A DNA stretch of 64,000 bases, taken from the NCBI GenBank assembly GCA_951406725.2, contig OX597828.1:36828001-36892000 (forward strand), written 5' to 3'. The notes below the pieces were generated by a model, which did no database searches, was not told where the DNA came from, and saw only the letters and a program-made list of their open reading frames with translations. The translations under genes were made by a program, and so were the position numbers. The stretch is from Octopus vulgaris (Eukaryota). Each line of letters starts with the position of its first letter. The first letter of the stretch is position 1. Shown here piece after piece: positions 16,790 through 29,948 of the stretch.

Positions 16790-17725
16790 TACATACATAC
16801 ATACATACATACATACATACATACATACATACATACATACATACATACATACATACATACATACATACATACATACATACATACATACATACATACATAC
16901 ATACATACATACATACATACATACACACACATATAGATACATACATATGCATACATACATACATACATACATACATACATACACACATACATACATGCAT
17001 ACATACATACATACATACATACATGTATACACACACACATACATACACACATACATACATACATATACATACATACATATGCATACATACATACATACAT
17101 ACATACATACATACATACATACATACACATACATACATACACACACATACATACATACATACATATGCATACATACATTCATACATACATACACACACAT
17201 ACATACACACATACATACATACATACATACATACATACATACATACATACGTACATACATACATTCATACATACATACATATACACATACATACATGTGA
17301 CTGTGTATGTATTTATATACGTATTATTTGAAGTCTTGACTGTCACTAGCAATCAAGTGTGATTTGCTTTTATATATATATATATGTGTGTGTGTGTGCG
17401 CGCGTGCGTGCGTGTGTATGTGTATGTGACTATATGTATATATGCGTATGCGCAAATACATTGCTGTATGTAAAATGCATGTGTGTATATATTTGTATAT
17501 AACTATATCTATATATGCATATACGGAGTACCATATATTGACATATGTGCATGCGTAGTCTTTTAAGGAATTGCTTACCTTGCTCGCTCAGATGGTCAAG
17601 CACTGATTTTTGATACATACATACATACATACATACATATGCATACATACATACATACATACATACATACATACATACATACATACATACATACATACAT
17701 ACATACATACATACATACATACATT
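16790..17725. repeat. (TACA)n microsatellite field
   Basis: Directly visible. Confidence 0.95.
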
Positions 17726-17930
17726 CTTTTACTCTTTAACTTGTTTCATTCATTTGACTGCAACCATGTTGGAACACTGCCTTTAGTCGAACAAATCGAC
17801 CCCAGAACATTCTCTGTAAGCCTAGTACTTATTCTATTGGTTTCTTTCACCGAACGGCTAGGTTACGGAGACGTAAACACACCAGCATCGATTGTCAAGC
17901 GATGGTGGGGGGACAAATATTCTCACTCTT

Positions 17931-17982
<52 letters not shown>

Positions 17983-18175
17983 TACATGCATACATACATA
18001 CATATATATGCATATACGACGGTTTCCATTCAGTTTCCGTCTCCCAAATCCACTCACAAGGCTTTAGGTGGCCCGATGCTATAGCTGAAGACACTTGCCC
18101 AAGGTGCCACGCAGTGGGACTGAACTTGGAAGCATGTGGTTGGGAATCAAGCTTCTTACCGCACAGCCACTCCTA
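17725..18175 (-). mobile_element. SINE family C (CORE-like, internal microsatellite)
   Basis: Minus-strand head GGAGTGGCTGTGCGGTAAGAAGCTTG...GTTCAGTCCCACTGCGTGGCACCTTGGGCAAGTG, an internal (TG)n tract and the family tail. Confidence 0.8.
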
Positions 18176-18360
18176 CATACATAAATACAATTTAGTTGCT
18201 TTCTCGTATATGAGAATTTTTATTGCTAGAAAGAAATGAATCATTCATGATGCAATGCGAGACCTCTGTATGACTCTTGAGCCCTGCCAAATATTTGCAA
18301 ATTCCATTGCATAATGCACAGCTGTGCTGGCTGACAGAGAGAACAGGTGCCACAGTATGA

Positions 18361-18835
18361 ACCGCTCGACAACGTAAGGGGTATTAGCCATCTGAATGTA
18401 GCTAGCCACTGGGGGGGGGGGGTGTTACTGATGCTTTTAGCCCCAGCGGTTACTGTTTATATCTCGTTCAGAGATTTACTATTGTTTTCAGACAGTTTTT
18501 CTACATCAGTGACAGTGGTTGCTGTGAAAAATGTTATATAGTTATTTGCAAGGGGACTCCTTCATCGAAGACCGGTGCTTACCATGCGTTGACGAGAGGC
18601 AATTACCTTGAAACTATAGTCCGTATGTAGTACTCGGGTCTTCGAGGGAGGATGACCTCCCTTTGCAAATAACACAAGGGCACTGAGATAGTGTCTAAAG
18701 TCCTTCTGGTGACGTTGATCGCCTGGGGCTAAAAGCATCAGTAACACCCCACCCCCAGTGGCTAGCCACATTCAGATGGCTAATACCCCTTACGTTGTCG
18801 AGCGGTTACTGTTTATATCTCGTTCAGAGATTTAT
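18361..18835 (+). mobile_element. Hammerhead-bearing element: unit of about 356 nt with terminal redundancy and 5' inverted duplication
   Basis: 18361-18446 is the reverse complement of about 18723-18806. CGGTTACTGTTTATATCTCGTTCAGAGATTTA occurs directly repeated at 18447 and 18803. Confidence 0.75.
18583..18627 (+). ncRNA. Type I hammerhead ribozyme motif
   Basis: CATGCG TTGACGA GAGG-CAATTA-CCTT GAAAC TATA GTC CGTATG, with a C3U change. Stem I is extended by 18541-18580 pairing with 18628-18673. Confidence 0.7.
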
Positions 18836-18847
18836 TATGTTTATATA

Positions 18848-18895
<48 letters not shown>

Positions 18896-19007
18896 ATCAA
18901 ATATATTCAACAAGAATACGGCATACTGAATTTCGAGTAAGTGCTATTGGTAGGGAAATGTCTAAAACCTTAAGGGTTCTGAGATATTTAATAAGAGCGA
19001 TTATATA

Positions 19008-19388
19008 TTATAAAGTAAGAGCAGGAAAATTAACACTAAAAAATAATCACACAAAATATACGTCCAAAATAATATTGTATTAATAGATAAATATATAAAT
19101 ATAAAAAGTATGATTATTTAAAAAGTTTGAAATATCATACGATCGTTTCATAAATGTATTTCCCTTCGAAATGAAATCTAAAATTGATAATTATTAGGTA
19201 ATACATCCACTCGTCAGAGAAGAAGGGTGAATTCCCATGTAGTCAATCGAATGCTATTTAAAAAAACATAATGAAAATGTTGTTCAAAAAAGTTACTGGT
19301 AGAGATTTATATATTTATCTATCAATATAATATTATTTGGGACGTCTATCTTCTGTGATGATTTTTTGATGTAAATTTTCCTACTCTT

Positions 19389-19395
<7 letters not shown>
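19008..19395 (-). mobile_element. Hammerhead-bearing element with inverted arms, between (TA)n tracts
   Basis: About 19008-19100 is inverted relative to about 19305-19395. Confidence 0.65.
19133..19222 (-). ncRNA. Type I hammerhead ribozyme motif, long stem II
   Basis: Minus strand: CTGACGA GTGGATGTATT...AATACATTTAT GAAAC GATC GTA; stem I is weak. Confidence 0.65.
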
Positions 19396-19473
<78 letters not shown>

Positions 19474-19633
19474 GAAATGAAGAAAATGCTGACAAAATAA
19501 TTTAAGTAATTTAATTAGGTGAAAGTTCTTTTTACCGGTTGCGCATTTGTTATGCTTATCAAAAGATGTTTTTTTAAGAGAGATAGAGTTACTTTCTGAT
19601 AGATTTATTCCTCTTATCTGTATATATATATAC

Positions 19634-19671
<38 letters not shown>

Positions 19672-19672
<1 letters not shown>

Positions 19673-19928
19673 CACGAGGCTCCAGCAGGGGGTGGTGGCG
19701 AACCTTGCTGTACTCTTTCACCACAACTTTCTCTCACTTTTTTTTATTCCTGTTTCTGCTGTACCTGTATTTCGAAGGGCCAGCCTTGTCACGCTGAATC
19801 TCTCCGAGAACTACGTTAAGGGTACACGCGGCAGTGGAGTGCTCAGCCACTTGCACGTTAATTTCACGAGCAGGCTGTTCCGTTGATTGGATTAACTGGA
19901 ACCCTCGTCGTCGTAACCGATGGAGTGC

Positions 19929-19930
<2 letters not shown>
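19672..19930 (+). mobile_element. 5'-truncated SINE family B
   Basis: TCCACGAGGCTCCAGCAGGGG...CGTCGTAACCGATGGAGTGCCA. Confidence 0.8.
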
Positions 19931-19971
<41 letters not shown>

Positions 19972-20017
19972 CATGTATGTATATATGTGTGTGTATGTGA
20001 GTGCTTGTGTGTATATA

Positions 20018-21269
20018 TCAGGTCATCCCATAAGGTCTGTCCGAATTTTTAATTTTTATCAAATGTTATATTTAACTGAAATTTAATTATCAATGTACTT
20101 TCCCTCATTATCTATGACTTCCTTCCATCTATTTGCAAGTTTTTTAATCCCATCAATGTAAAACTCTTTTGGTTTCAAAGCGAAGAACTCTGAGATGTCA
20201 GTTTCGACCTCCTACTGGGTTGCGAAAGTTATGTCCCCCAAATGATTCTGTAAACTACGAAACAGATGGTTGTCTGAAGGAGCAAGGTCGGGAGAATAAG
20301 GTAGATGAGGAATTTTTCCCCAAACAAGCTCTTCGATCTTCTGTGATGTGATCTTTTCAGTGTGGGGTCGCGCATTGTCCTGATGAAACATCACTCCTTT
20401 TCGACTCACTAAAGCGGGTCCTTTTTCCTTCAAAGCTTGGTTGAAACACTCTAATTGCTGACAGTAGACTTGAGCATTGATTGTTGCATTCAGTGGTAAC
20501 AATTTAAATTACACCTTTGCAATCCCACCAGACAAAGAGAAGAACCTTTTTTCCCATGAATTTCCCTTCTCGGTTGTTGTTGAGCCTTTTCCCTTTTACC
20601 AAGCCACTGTTTACGACGTTTAACATTTCGATAGAAGATCCATTTTTCATCACCAGTAACAAGTCTATCCAAAAAGGGTGAAATGAGTTCGCAAGAATGG
20701 AGAGAATAGCAGATATCAACTCGGGATTTGCAGTTGCTTTCGGACAATTCATGAGGCACCTATTTTCCAAGTTTAGGAACCTTTCCAAGTTGTTGAAGAT
20801 GATGATGAACAGTTGTATGGTTTGAACAAAGCTTTATTGCCAATTCTTCAATTAAAAATGCAGGATTTCCTTCAAGTAATGCCTCAAGGAGATTATCATC
20901 ATACTCAACTTCACTACCACCACACTACTGCTCCATTTCCGAATTTTCAAGCCATCTTCTGCAAGTTCTTTCATTGAAGCATTCTTTCCCACAAACTGAG
21001 TGTATGTTTCGAGTTGCTTCGTCTGCAGAGTTTCCTTTTTTGTACTCATAAAGCATTATATGCCTCAAATGCTCTTTGGATACTTCCATGTTTGAAAGGG
21101 TTTTAATCAAAGAAAATTTAATTCTATTATTCTGTAAAATAATATTTAATTAGTTAAAATGTACACAAATGCATATAAATAATTTTTAATTCCATTAGAC
21201 ATTCTAATATACTATTAAATTTCATTTAATTTTAAAAACGGTAAAGTTGGCCAGAACTTATGGGATGAC

Positions 21270-21273
<4 letters not shown>
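20018..21273 (-). mobile_element. Full-length decayed mariner (DD34D) transposon
   Basis: TIRs TCAGGTCATCCCATAAG / CTTATGGGATGACCTGA with TA flanks. Frameshifted transposase with HLRHIMLYEY, PHEL, TGDEKW, HQDNARPH and YSPDLAPSDNHLF. Confidence 0.95.
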
Positions 21274-21342
<69 letters not shown>

Positions 21343-21958
21343 GTGTGTGTGTGTGTGTGTGGATGCATGTATGTATCTATATTATAGTTCAAAATGTACA
21401 ATAAAGAAAAGAATACCCCCACCCCAAAAAAACCCTAGTAGACTGACAAAGGTGAAAGAACAGCACTCAGAGTATATTAGTGTGACAGTGAGGAACGATG
21501 GAAGAGTCCTTGATGTTTCAGGCCTGCGCTCTTCTACAGAAAGGAACAAGGAAAGAAAACATGGTGAGAAGAAAGAAAACAGAGGAAGAAAAAAAAACGT
21601 GATGAATTAACGCTTTCACATGTTGAATTGACCGGAAGGAAGGATGTGGTTGGTGGCAAGGGTGCAAGGGGGCAAGGAAGACACCAGTAACCTGGCAAAA
21701 AAAAACCAGTCGATTTATTACATCTCAACCATCCACCAAAATTTATGATTTTTTTTACCTATACTATAAATCGCCATTTATTTACTTCGTTTAATGTTTC
21801 GAGTTCAAATTCCGACAAGATCGATAAAATAAAAAAGGCAAGCGAAGTACTTTGCTTTTGGTTTCTAGCAAAATTGGCACCATCCTCCGCACCCTAAAAA
21901 AACAAACGTGTGTCCTATTGCCAATATCAAAAATCAATAGTGTCCAAGACAGTAAGCA

Positions 21959-21959
<1 letters not shown>

Positions 21960-22022
<63 letters not shown>

Positions 22023-22085
22023 TGAAGATAAAAATATAATAAAAAATAGTAATAATATTTGTATTAGTAGTAGCATCATTGCTTG

Positions 22086-22116
<31 letters not shown>

Positions 22117-22121
22117 GCTGC

Positions 22122-22216
<95 letters not shown>

Positions 22217-22606
22217 AGCTGTAGTGTGGTGGTGGTGATGGTAGCAAGGAACACGCTAAAACTATTAGTAGAAATTGAAAAGACGGAAAATTGAAGAAAA
22301 AAAAGCAAAGTCTTTTGTGTCTTTAGAAATATGTGAAATTTTTGCTATCCGTCATTTATAATATGGCACATCAATTTAGCCGTAAACACACTACCGCGCG
22401 CGCGCACATAAACACATACACATACACACATATACACACACATACACACATACATACACGCGCACAGATACACACGTCGACAGAGACATGTCGCTTTTTC
22501 ACACGTATACGCACATACGAGTACACACAGACAATCACATAAGCTTTTTCACACACATTCTCTGTCTCTGTCTCTTTCTTCACACACAAATATTCTCACT
22601 CTTACA

Positions 22607-22658
<52 letters not shown>

Positions 22659-22667
22659 ACACAGACA

Positions 22668-22705
<38 letters not shown>

Positions 22706-22755
22706 CCGTTCTCTCATTCATACACGCACCTTGTCTTTTCCCTGTACTGTATCCG

Positions 22756-22788
<33 letters not shown>

Positions 22789-22993
22789 GACACACCTATT
22801 TCTCATAGCCATATAAACGCTCTATTACAACCACACACACTTTCTCACTAATCACACACACACACACACACACACGCCTTCTCTTTTACACTTAGACTCA
22901 CTCATACACACGACCTGTCTGTATGCTTGTCTGTTTGTCTTTCTGTCTAACTGTCTGTCTGTCGGTCACTCTGCCTGCTTGTCTTTCTCTCTT

Positions 22994-23056
<63 letters not shown>

Positions 23057-23680
23057 TTTTTGTAAATGGGGCAAATTAATCAATAAACGTAATTAAGAAT
23101 GCTTGAAAATATAGAGAAGAAAGCATAAAATGAAGTTGGAAGGAAGGAGAGAAAGATCAGAATTGAAAGGGAGAGTGCGAGAGAGAGTGCGAGAGGGAGA
23201 GAGAGAGAAAGAGAGCAACAAACGAAATAAGCCAGTCCTTTGAGGAAAAGACTGGAAAATATAGAGTTGAGATGAGAAAAGAAGAGTGAGAGCGAGAGCG
23301 ACAGAGTGAGAGAAAGAGAGAGAGAGAGACGGAGAGCGAGAGCGACAGAGTGAGAGAAAGAGAGAGAGAGAGGGAGAGAGAGAGAGAGAGAGAGACGGAG
23401 AGCGAGAGCGACAGAGTGAGAGAGAGGGGAAACAGATAACGAGAGATAGAGGAGAGTGAGAAGAGAGAGGAGTGATGAGCGAAGAAAGAAGAACGTGAAG
23501 AGAATAAGAGAGACAAAAAATGAGAAGAAAGAAAGAAAGAAAGAGTTAAAAGAGTGAGGAAAAACGAGGAAAGCAAAGAAATTGGAAGGGAGAGAAAGAG
23601 AGAAAGAAGAGAGGGAGAGGGATGGAGGGAGAGAATGGGAGCAAGTGAGGGAGGGAGAGTGAGAGAGAGTGTGTTAAATA
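21960..23680. repeat. (AAT)n, (CTA)n/(CTG)n, (CA)n and (GA)-rich tracts
   Basis: Directly visible. Confidence 0.9.
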
Positions 23681-24231
23681 AAGAAACCTGTCCTTGCAAT
23701 AACAAGAAGTTCTTATGGCTTTCTTTAATATCATTTAGTCAAATTGAATCACCTGGAAACATGGAATAAAATCATTTTAACGGTTATATATTTTGAAAGT
23801 ATTTGAACGTTTAGGGAAGGGTAACAGGTTTGTGTGATTCAGTTTCGATTCCTTGCCGAAATCAATTTACTTCAATTACGCAGAGAAAATAAATGTACTT
23901 TTTAACGATTTTTCAGTTTTGTTATTCTTAAACTTTTGAATCGTTGAATCTCAGGAGAAATCTGCATCACGGCTCGATAGATAGAAATTTAAATATTGTG
24001 ACGTCAATTTGTCAATGCCTTGGGAAGGCAGCAGTGTTACCTAATTCAGTAGAGATTGGGGAGACAGAGATCAACTGGACAGTAAGGACAGACTAGCAGC
24101 CAAATAATTGACAACTTCGTTTCTAGTATTTGTCCACGGCCGAGGTACTAAAATTGTTTGTATTTGGTCATTAAGAATGAAATGTCCAATTTTGAACAGA
24201 AAGTTTACTCTATCTCAACAAATACCAATGC

Positions 24232-24458
24232 CTATTTCTTTATTACCCACAAGGGGCTAAACACAGAGGGGACAAACAAGGACAGACATAGGTATTAAGT
24301 CGATTATATCGACCCCAGTGCGTAACTGGTACTTAATTTATCGACCCCGAAAGGATGAAAGGCAAAGTCGACCTCGGCGGAATTTGAACTCACAACGTAA
24401 CGCAGACGAAATACTGCTAAGCATTTCGCCCGGCGTGCTAACGTTTCTGCTAGCTCAC
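24232..24458 (-). mobile_element. SINE family A with 16-bp target site duplication
   Basis: CAACAAATACCAATGC at 24216-24231 and again at 24459-24474. Confidence 0.9.
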
Positions 24459-24476
24459 CAACAAATACCAATGCTG

Positions 24477-25085
24477 TTAATCAAAGTATGCACCTATATC
24501 ATCAACACAGTTTTGCCATTTTATCGGTTGCTTATTTATGCCAGCAGCGAAGAATTCTGGAGAGCAAGAGATGATGAAATCACGAAAGGCTGTTTTCGCA
24601 TCTTCTTCAGACTTGAAGTCTTTTCCCTGTAAAGAGTTGTCCAATATTTCGAAAACGTGATAGTCAGTTGGTGCAAGGTCTGGCGAATATGGTGGATGAC
24701 AGAGTACTTCCAAGTTCGGTTCCTGTAACATGAGTAGCGTTCTTTGTGCAACATGCAATCGAGCATTGTTTTGCAAGAGAATTGGCCTGTCTCTGTTTGC
24801 CAATCGCTGTTGTTTAACTGCAAGTTCACTCATCATTTCATCCAGTTGGTTGATGTATTCATCCGCTGTAATTGACTTACCAGGTCTCATGAAGCTGTTG
24901 TGGGTGACACCAGTTCTGGACCACCAAACAGACTCTATTAATCTTTTTTTGGTGAATATTCTTTTTTGGGTTGTGTTTTGGTATTTCCTCTCTATCCAAC
25001 CACCGCGCAGAGCACTTACTACAGTTGAAAAGAATACATTTTTCAATACATGTAACACTACAATGCAAAAATGGTTCGCTTTTAT
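24477..25085 (-). mobile_element. Mariner transposase fragment (different subfamily, internally deleted)
   Basis: ORF 24477-25058 contains WWSRTGV, LLQNNARLH, HPPYSPDLAPTDYHVF and WQNCVDDIGAYFD; the second catalytic Asp is replaced by Asn. Confidence 0.9.
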
Positions 25086-25091
25086 GAGAGC

Positions 25092-25180
<89 letters not shown>

Positions 25181-25467
25181 ATATAATTGAATTAGGTACT
25201 TAAATTGAGGCGCTTTGCTGGTCAGTATAATCAGTACATCCAGACAATATAAATTAAATACAGAATATCAAGACTCCGTGCAGAGGTGTTTGTACCTGAT
25301 ATTCCTGCCGTGTGTGCAGACAACGCAACTCACCTAAGTGAAGATATCCGTTCTTGGTAATTTAGACATGTATTTTTTATATAGCTACTTTCTGTAGTAC
25401 TTCCGAAGGGCAGATTCCAAGTTAGGTGAATAGAATATAAATGAGTAACGAAGATGTACAGGTGTCA

Positions 25468-25538
25468 ATTCATTACGGCTGTTTGAATCGGCACCTTTAA
25501 TTACATCATATGAAAGAATCCGTTCTCGTCAGATGACC
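25468..25538 (-). ncRNA. Degenerate hammerhead (GAAA changed to CAAA)
   Basis: Minus strand: GTCAT CTGACGA GAACGG...CCGATT CAAAC AGCC GTA ATGA. Confidence 0.5.
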
Positions 25539-25750
25539 GCATAAACTTCAAGCATAAGGATACAACCATTTTAAAAACATATTTACATCAATAATGGAGC
25601 TCAAAACATTTACATTGTTTCTTTTGTCATATCTGTGGCAGAATGTATTATTTTCTAAACTCAGTGTAACAATGTAAATATTATTAGTTCCATTATTGAT
25701 GTAAATATGTTTAAAAAATGGTTATGTCCTTTATGTTAGAAGTCTATGCG

Positions 25751-25836
25751 GTCATCTGACGAGAGCAGTTTCTTTCAAATGATGCAATGTTTTCACTAAT
25801 CATTTTAAAGGAGCCGCTTGAAATGGCCGTAATGAA
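25751..25836 (+). ncRNA. Type I hammerhead ribozyme motif
   Basis: TCAT CTGACGA GAGCAGTTTCTTT...AAAGGAGCCGCTT GAAAT GGCC GTA ATGA. Confidence 0.7.
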
Positions 25837-25885
25837 ATGTGTTTAACATTTGAAATCTGGTGAGTACACTATGCGTGTCTGTCTG

Positions 25886-26002
<117 letters not shown>

Positions 26003-26719
26003 TTCTCTCTATCTCTGTCTATTTATAACGCAGTGATGTTATGATCCTTATGATGTCATGATAATTTTGATGGCGACGGTGATACCGTTGTGATTGCTTT
26101 GGTGCTAAAATTACTAAGAAATAATGCAACACTTATTATGCCGGTATAATTGTTGCCGCAGTGTGCTTGCTATGATAAGTAGCATGACTGACGTGTAGTT
26201 AAAACTCCTGTACAATAACGTTATGGTTACTTTGATTGTACAGAGTCTATAATAGCGCGATTGATGCGATATAATTTAATTATCACAATTTAATGAAGCA
26301 TATCTGGACAGAGAAGATGCATCGAAGTTAAGTCTGTTGAGGTGGTGGTAATGGAGGCAAAAGTGGTAGTGGTGGATGGGGGTTTGAGGGAGGTGTAGTT
26401 AGGGAGGTGGGGATGATTTAATTAAACAAAATGTCTCCGCACAGATTCCTGTGATCCACTTTAAAACACGTGTAATACGTGTCACGAGATAATGGGCGAG
26501 CTTCTATGCGGTCACTTGATGTGCAGGAAATAGCAGTCAAATCGTCCTCAAATCATGGCCAACTGAGGCAAAAATAAGGGAAACCTATACGTTGGCAAAT
26601 GCAGTGACGTGGTCTAGCTTTGATTCATTTTGGAAAATTACATGCGATAGTCATGCTTGGATCCCTTTGATCGTTGGTCTGCTCAGTTTAGAGTTGACTT
26701 GGAGCTAAGCAATAACGGT

Positions 26720-27646
26720 AGTGGCAGTAGCAGCAGTAGCAGCAGCAGCAGCAGCAACAACAACAACAGCAACAACAAGAACAACAGCAACAACACGTAA
26801 AATTGAATCGGTCAAACGATATTTGAAGAGCACACGGGTGCACACACACACACACAGAGGCAAAAGACAAGCGTAGGCATACGCACGTACATAAATGTAG
26901 ACACACACACGAATGCACGCGCACACACACAACACACACACAAACGAAACTTATAATCATAAACACACACGCACACATCATGACATGTAGACATGCACAT
27001 ACGCACATACAAACAGATACAGTCACGTATACACACATGCACACACAAATACACAGACACACAAGCATACGCGGACACACAAGCATACACGGACCCACAT
27101 ATATAAGTACACACGGACACACAGACACACACACCTCAACATGTGCGCACACACAAACACGAACCCAAACGTACACATTCAAGCATGCACCCACGTCCAC
27201 ACACATATACACAATAACACGTGCACTCACAAATACACAAACAAAAATACCCCCCACACACACACTGACGTGCGCGTACGCAAACGCACATAGAAACATG
27301 TCCACACAAACTGCTCCTATACACATGCACACACACGCACACATACACACACACACACACATACACACACACACACGAACTCACACATGCATACATACAA
27401 ATAAATATACAAACACAAACTCGAAAACACGGGTGTACACACACACACACACATGTACTGAAGCACACACATATGCACTCAAACACACACACATACGCAC
27501 ATACACGCATGCACACATGCACTCAAGCACACACACACACTTAAACACACACATACACGCACGCACACACATATGCACTCAAACACACACACACATACGC
27601 ACACAACTGCACGCACGCATGCACTCAAGCACACAAACGCACTCAA

Positions 27647-27678
<32 letters not shown>

Positions 27679-28325
27679 TCACACACACTGACACGTACAC
27701 TCTGCCCAATCAAAGCGCCGCTAGTATTGCTAATATATAAGAGGTAGCTTAATGTTTCGAAAATCTCCGCCAAAGCAGGCAGTTGATGAAGAATATAATG
27801 AGAAAGTTTTATATATTAAAAAAGCATCAAACATAATTCAATATATGTGAAGCGGCTTAATAATAATTAAAGTTTAATTTGTAAATTATGATAAAACATA
27901 GGAAAACCTAGAAAAGTGTGCAGTGAAGATTATATAATACGACGACGACGACAACAACACATCAAGATGAATAGCAATAACAACAAAAACAGATTATGAA
28001 GTAATGTTATCCGTATACTAGGCTTTAACAAAACAGCTTTAAATCGTTTGAGGTAGATGACTACTCGCATTAAAATCTAAGCACAATGCATACATACATA
28101 CATACATACATACATACATACATACATACATACATACATACATACATACATACATACATTCATTCATACATACATACATACATACATACATACATTCATA
28201 TATTCATACATACATACATACATACATACATACATCCATGCATTCATGCATACATGCATACATGCCTACATACATACATACATACATACATACATACATA
28301 CATACATACATACATACATACACCT
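26720..28325. repeat. Degenerate (CA)n, (CAG/CAA)n and (TACA)n tracts
   Basis: Directly visible. Confidence 0.9.
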
Positions 28326-28944
28326 GCTCTGCAGATATAAATATCTCTTTGAAAATCAAAGAAAGAGGATATCTATGGATAATTGTTTCGAAACCTCCAG
28401 CTTCTGTATCCAGACTATGAATTCATATTCATACCAATAATTAGAGCACTAGGTTTTGTTAGTAAATGCTTCAAGGAAATTCTGGATAAACTGGGATTTT
28501 TAGAAAGATAAAATGACCGGCTGATTCGTACATTACAAATGCAATCTGTGAGTGGAACAGTAAAAATATGCAAGACTTTCTCAAGTTCCAAATGTGAATT
28601 TGTCTGTGTTAATTACACCCCAAAGATGGAGCCTTGTATCTTTATTGGAAACCGGCTCACTCCTCAGTGGAAGACTTATAATAACTAGAAAACAGAAGAG
28701 ACATACATACATACATACATACATACATACATACATACATACATGCATGCATGCATGCATGCATGCATGCATACATACATACATACATACATACATACAT
28801 ACATACATACATACATGAATGCATACATACATACATGCATAAATACACATATTTATACATTACACGCACGTATATGTAATGATTTTAAATTTGGGATATA
28901 CTTTGTAATATGCCGTTTAAATACTGTTCGGTGCATTTAGCTAT

Positions 28945-29118
28945 ACATTAGGAATGAGAACCTAGGTTCGAAATTTCCCAAAGACACCTGATGAAGGCTG
29001 GAGGGTATACAAGCCGAAACGTTGTGTTAACAACAAACAAGATGAGGACAAATATCCGTCAAATGTAAAAAAATGTGAATAATGTACATAATTCCTCATC
29101 TCTTAAATATAGAACTGT
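28945..29118 (+). mobile_element. 3' module of the tRNA-(AAT)n-hammerhead element
   Basis: TTAGGAATGAGAACC...CAAACAAGATGAGGACAAATATCCGTC...CCTCATCTCTTAAATATAGAAC is homologous to 37138-37312 (-) and 38244-38360 (+). Confidence 0.8.
28983..29028 (+). ncRNA. Minimal type I hammerhead ribozyme motif
   Basis: GACAC CTGATGA A GGCT...AGCC GAAAC GTT GTGTT; stem III reduced to the palindrome AACGTT. Confidence 0.75.
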
Positions 29119-29246
29119 GTTATACGAGAAGTATTCTTCGTTTTAACTCAATTTTTTCCTGTATGGAGTAGCTACAGACAACTGCCAAAGTGTATTTTAA
29201 TCGGAATAAGCGAAACGGAGATTAACAAACGAGGTAATTTTTGAGA

Positions 29247-29353
29247 AGTCACCTGACGAGACACATCTTCACCTATGATGCACCACAGCTGTTTGTACAG
29301 CATATTACCCGCGAAGGATCGCTGTACGATGGGTCGAAACGATCGTAGTGATT
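29247..29353 (+). ncRNA. Type I hammerhead ribozyme motif with branched stem II
   Basis: AGTCAC CTGACGA GACACATC...[GTACAGC..GCTGTAC] GATGGGTC GAAAC GATC GTA GTGATT; core fully intact. Confidence 0.8.
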
Positions 29354-29399
29354 GATAAAGAATTTCATGAATTCCATTTTCTATCTCTTTCTCTCACAC

Positions 29400-29500
29400 G
29401 TACATGACTTTATTCAACATATTCCCCTCTCAGATCCACTCATTGCAGCAATCCTTCAGCTTTTCTAAGTCCTGTAAAAGAACTCGGAAGGTTGAGTCTG
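29400..29500. mobile_element. Fragment of mariner-derived MITE
   Basis: TTCAACATATTCCCCTCTCAGA...CTGTAAAAGAACTCGGAAGGTTG shared with 38455-38865. Confidence 0.65.
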
Positions 29501-29511
29501 CACTCCTCGTG

Positions 29512-29548
<37 letters not shown>

Positions 29549-29764
29549 CCTGAACATAAACATAACGAAAACTCTATTCAACATAAACATAACGTCGCAA
29601 GAAATTTGAAAAGCTACACGCGAAACCGGTCTTTCTTTTAAATTATGTCATTATAAGAGAAAAAAAAAAAAAAAAAAAATTTTCTAATATTCTTCAGACA
29701 TATTGACGCAAATATATATATTTTTTAACATTTAAGCCTTCTGTAGTTTTTTCACTCTTTACTA

Positions 29765-29828
<64 letters not shown>

Positions 29829-29859
29829 CGACTGATGTATATATATATACTGGCTGATG

Positions 29860-29948
<89 letters not shown>

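Larger units (their letters stand above)
25410..25860. mobile_element. Inverted duplication carrying two divergent hammerhead motifs
   Basis: Arms at about 25410-25620 and 25668-25860 are reverse complements of each other. Confidence 0.7.
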
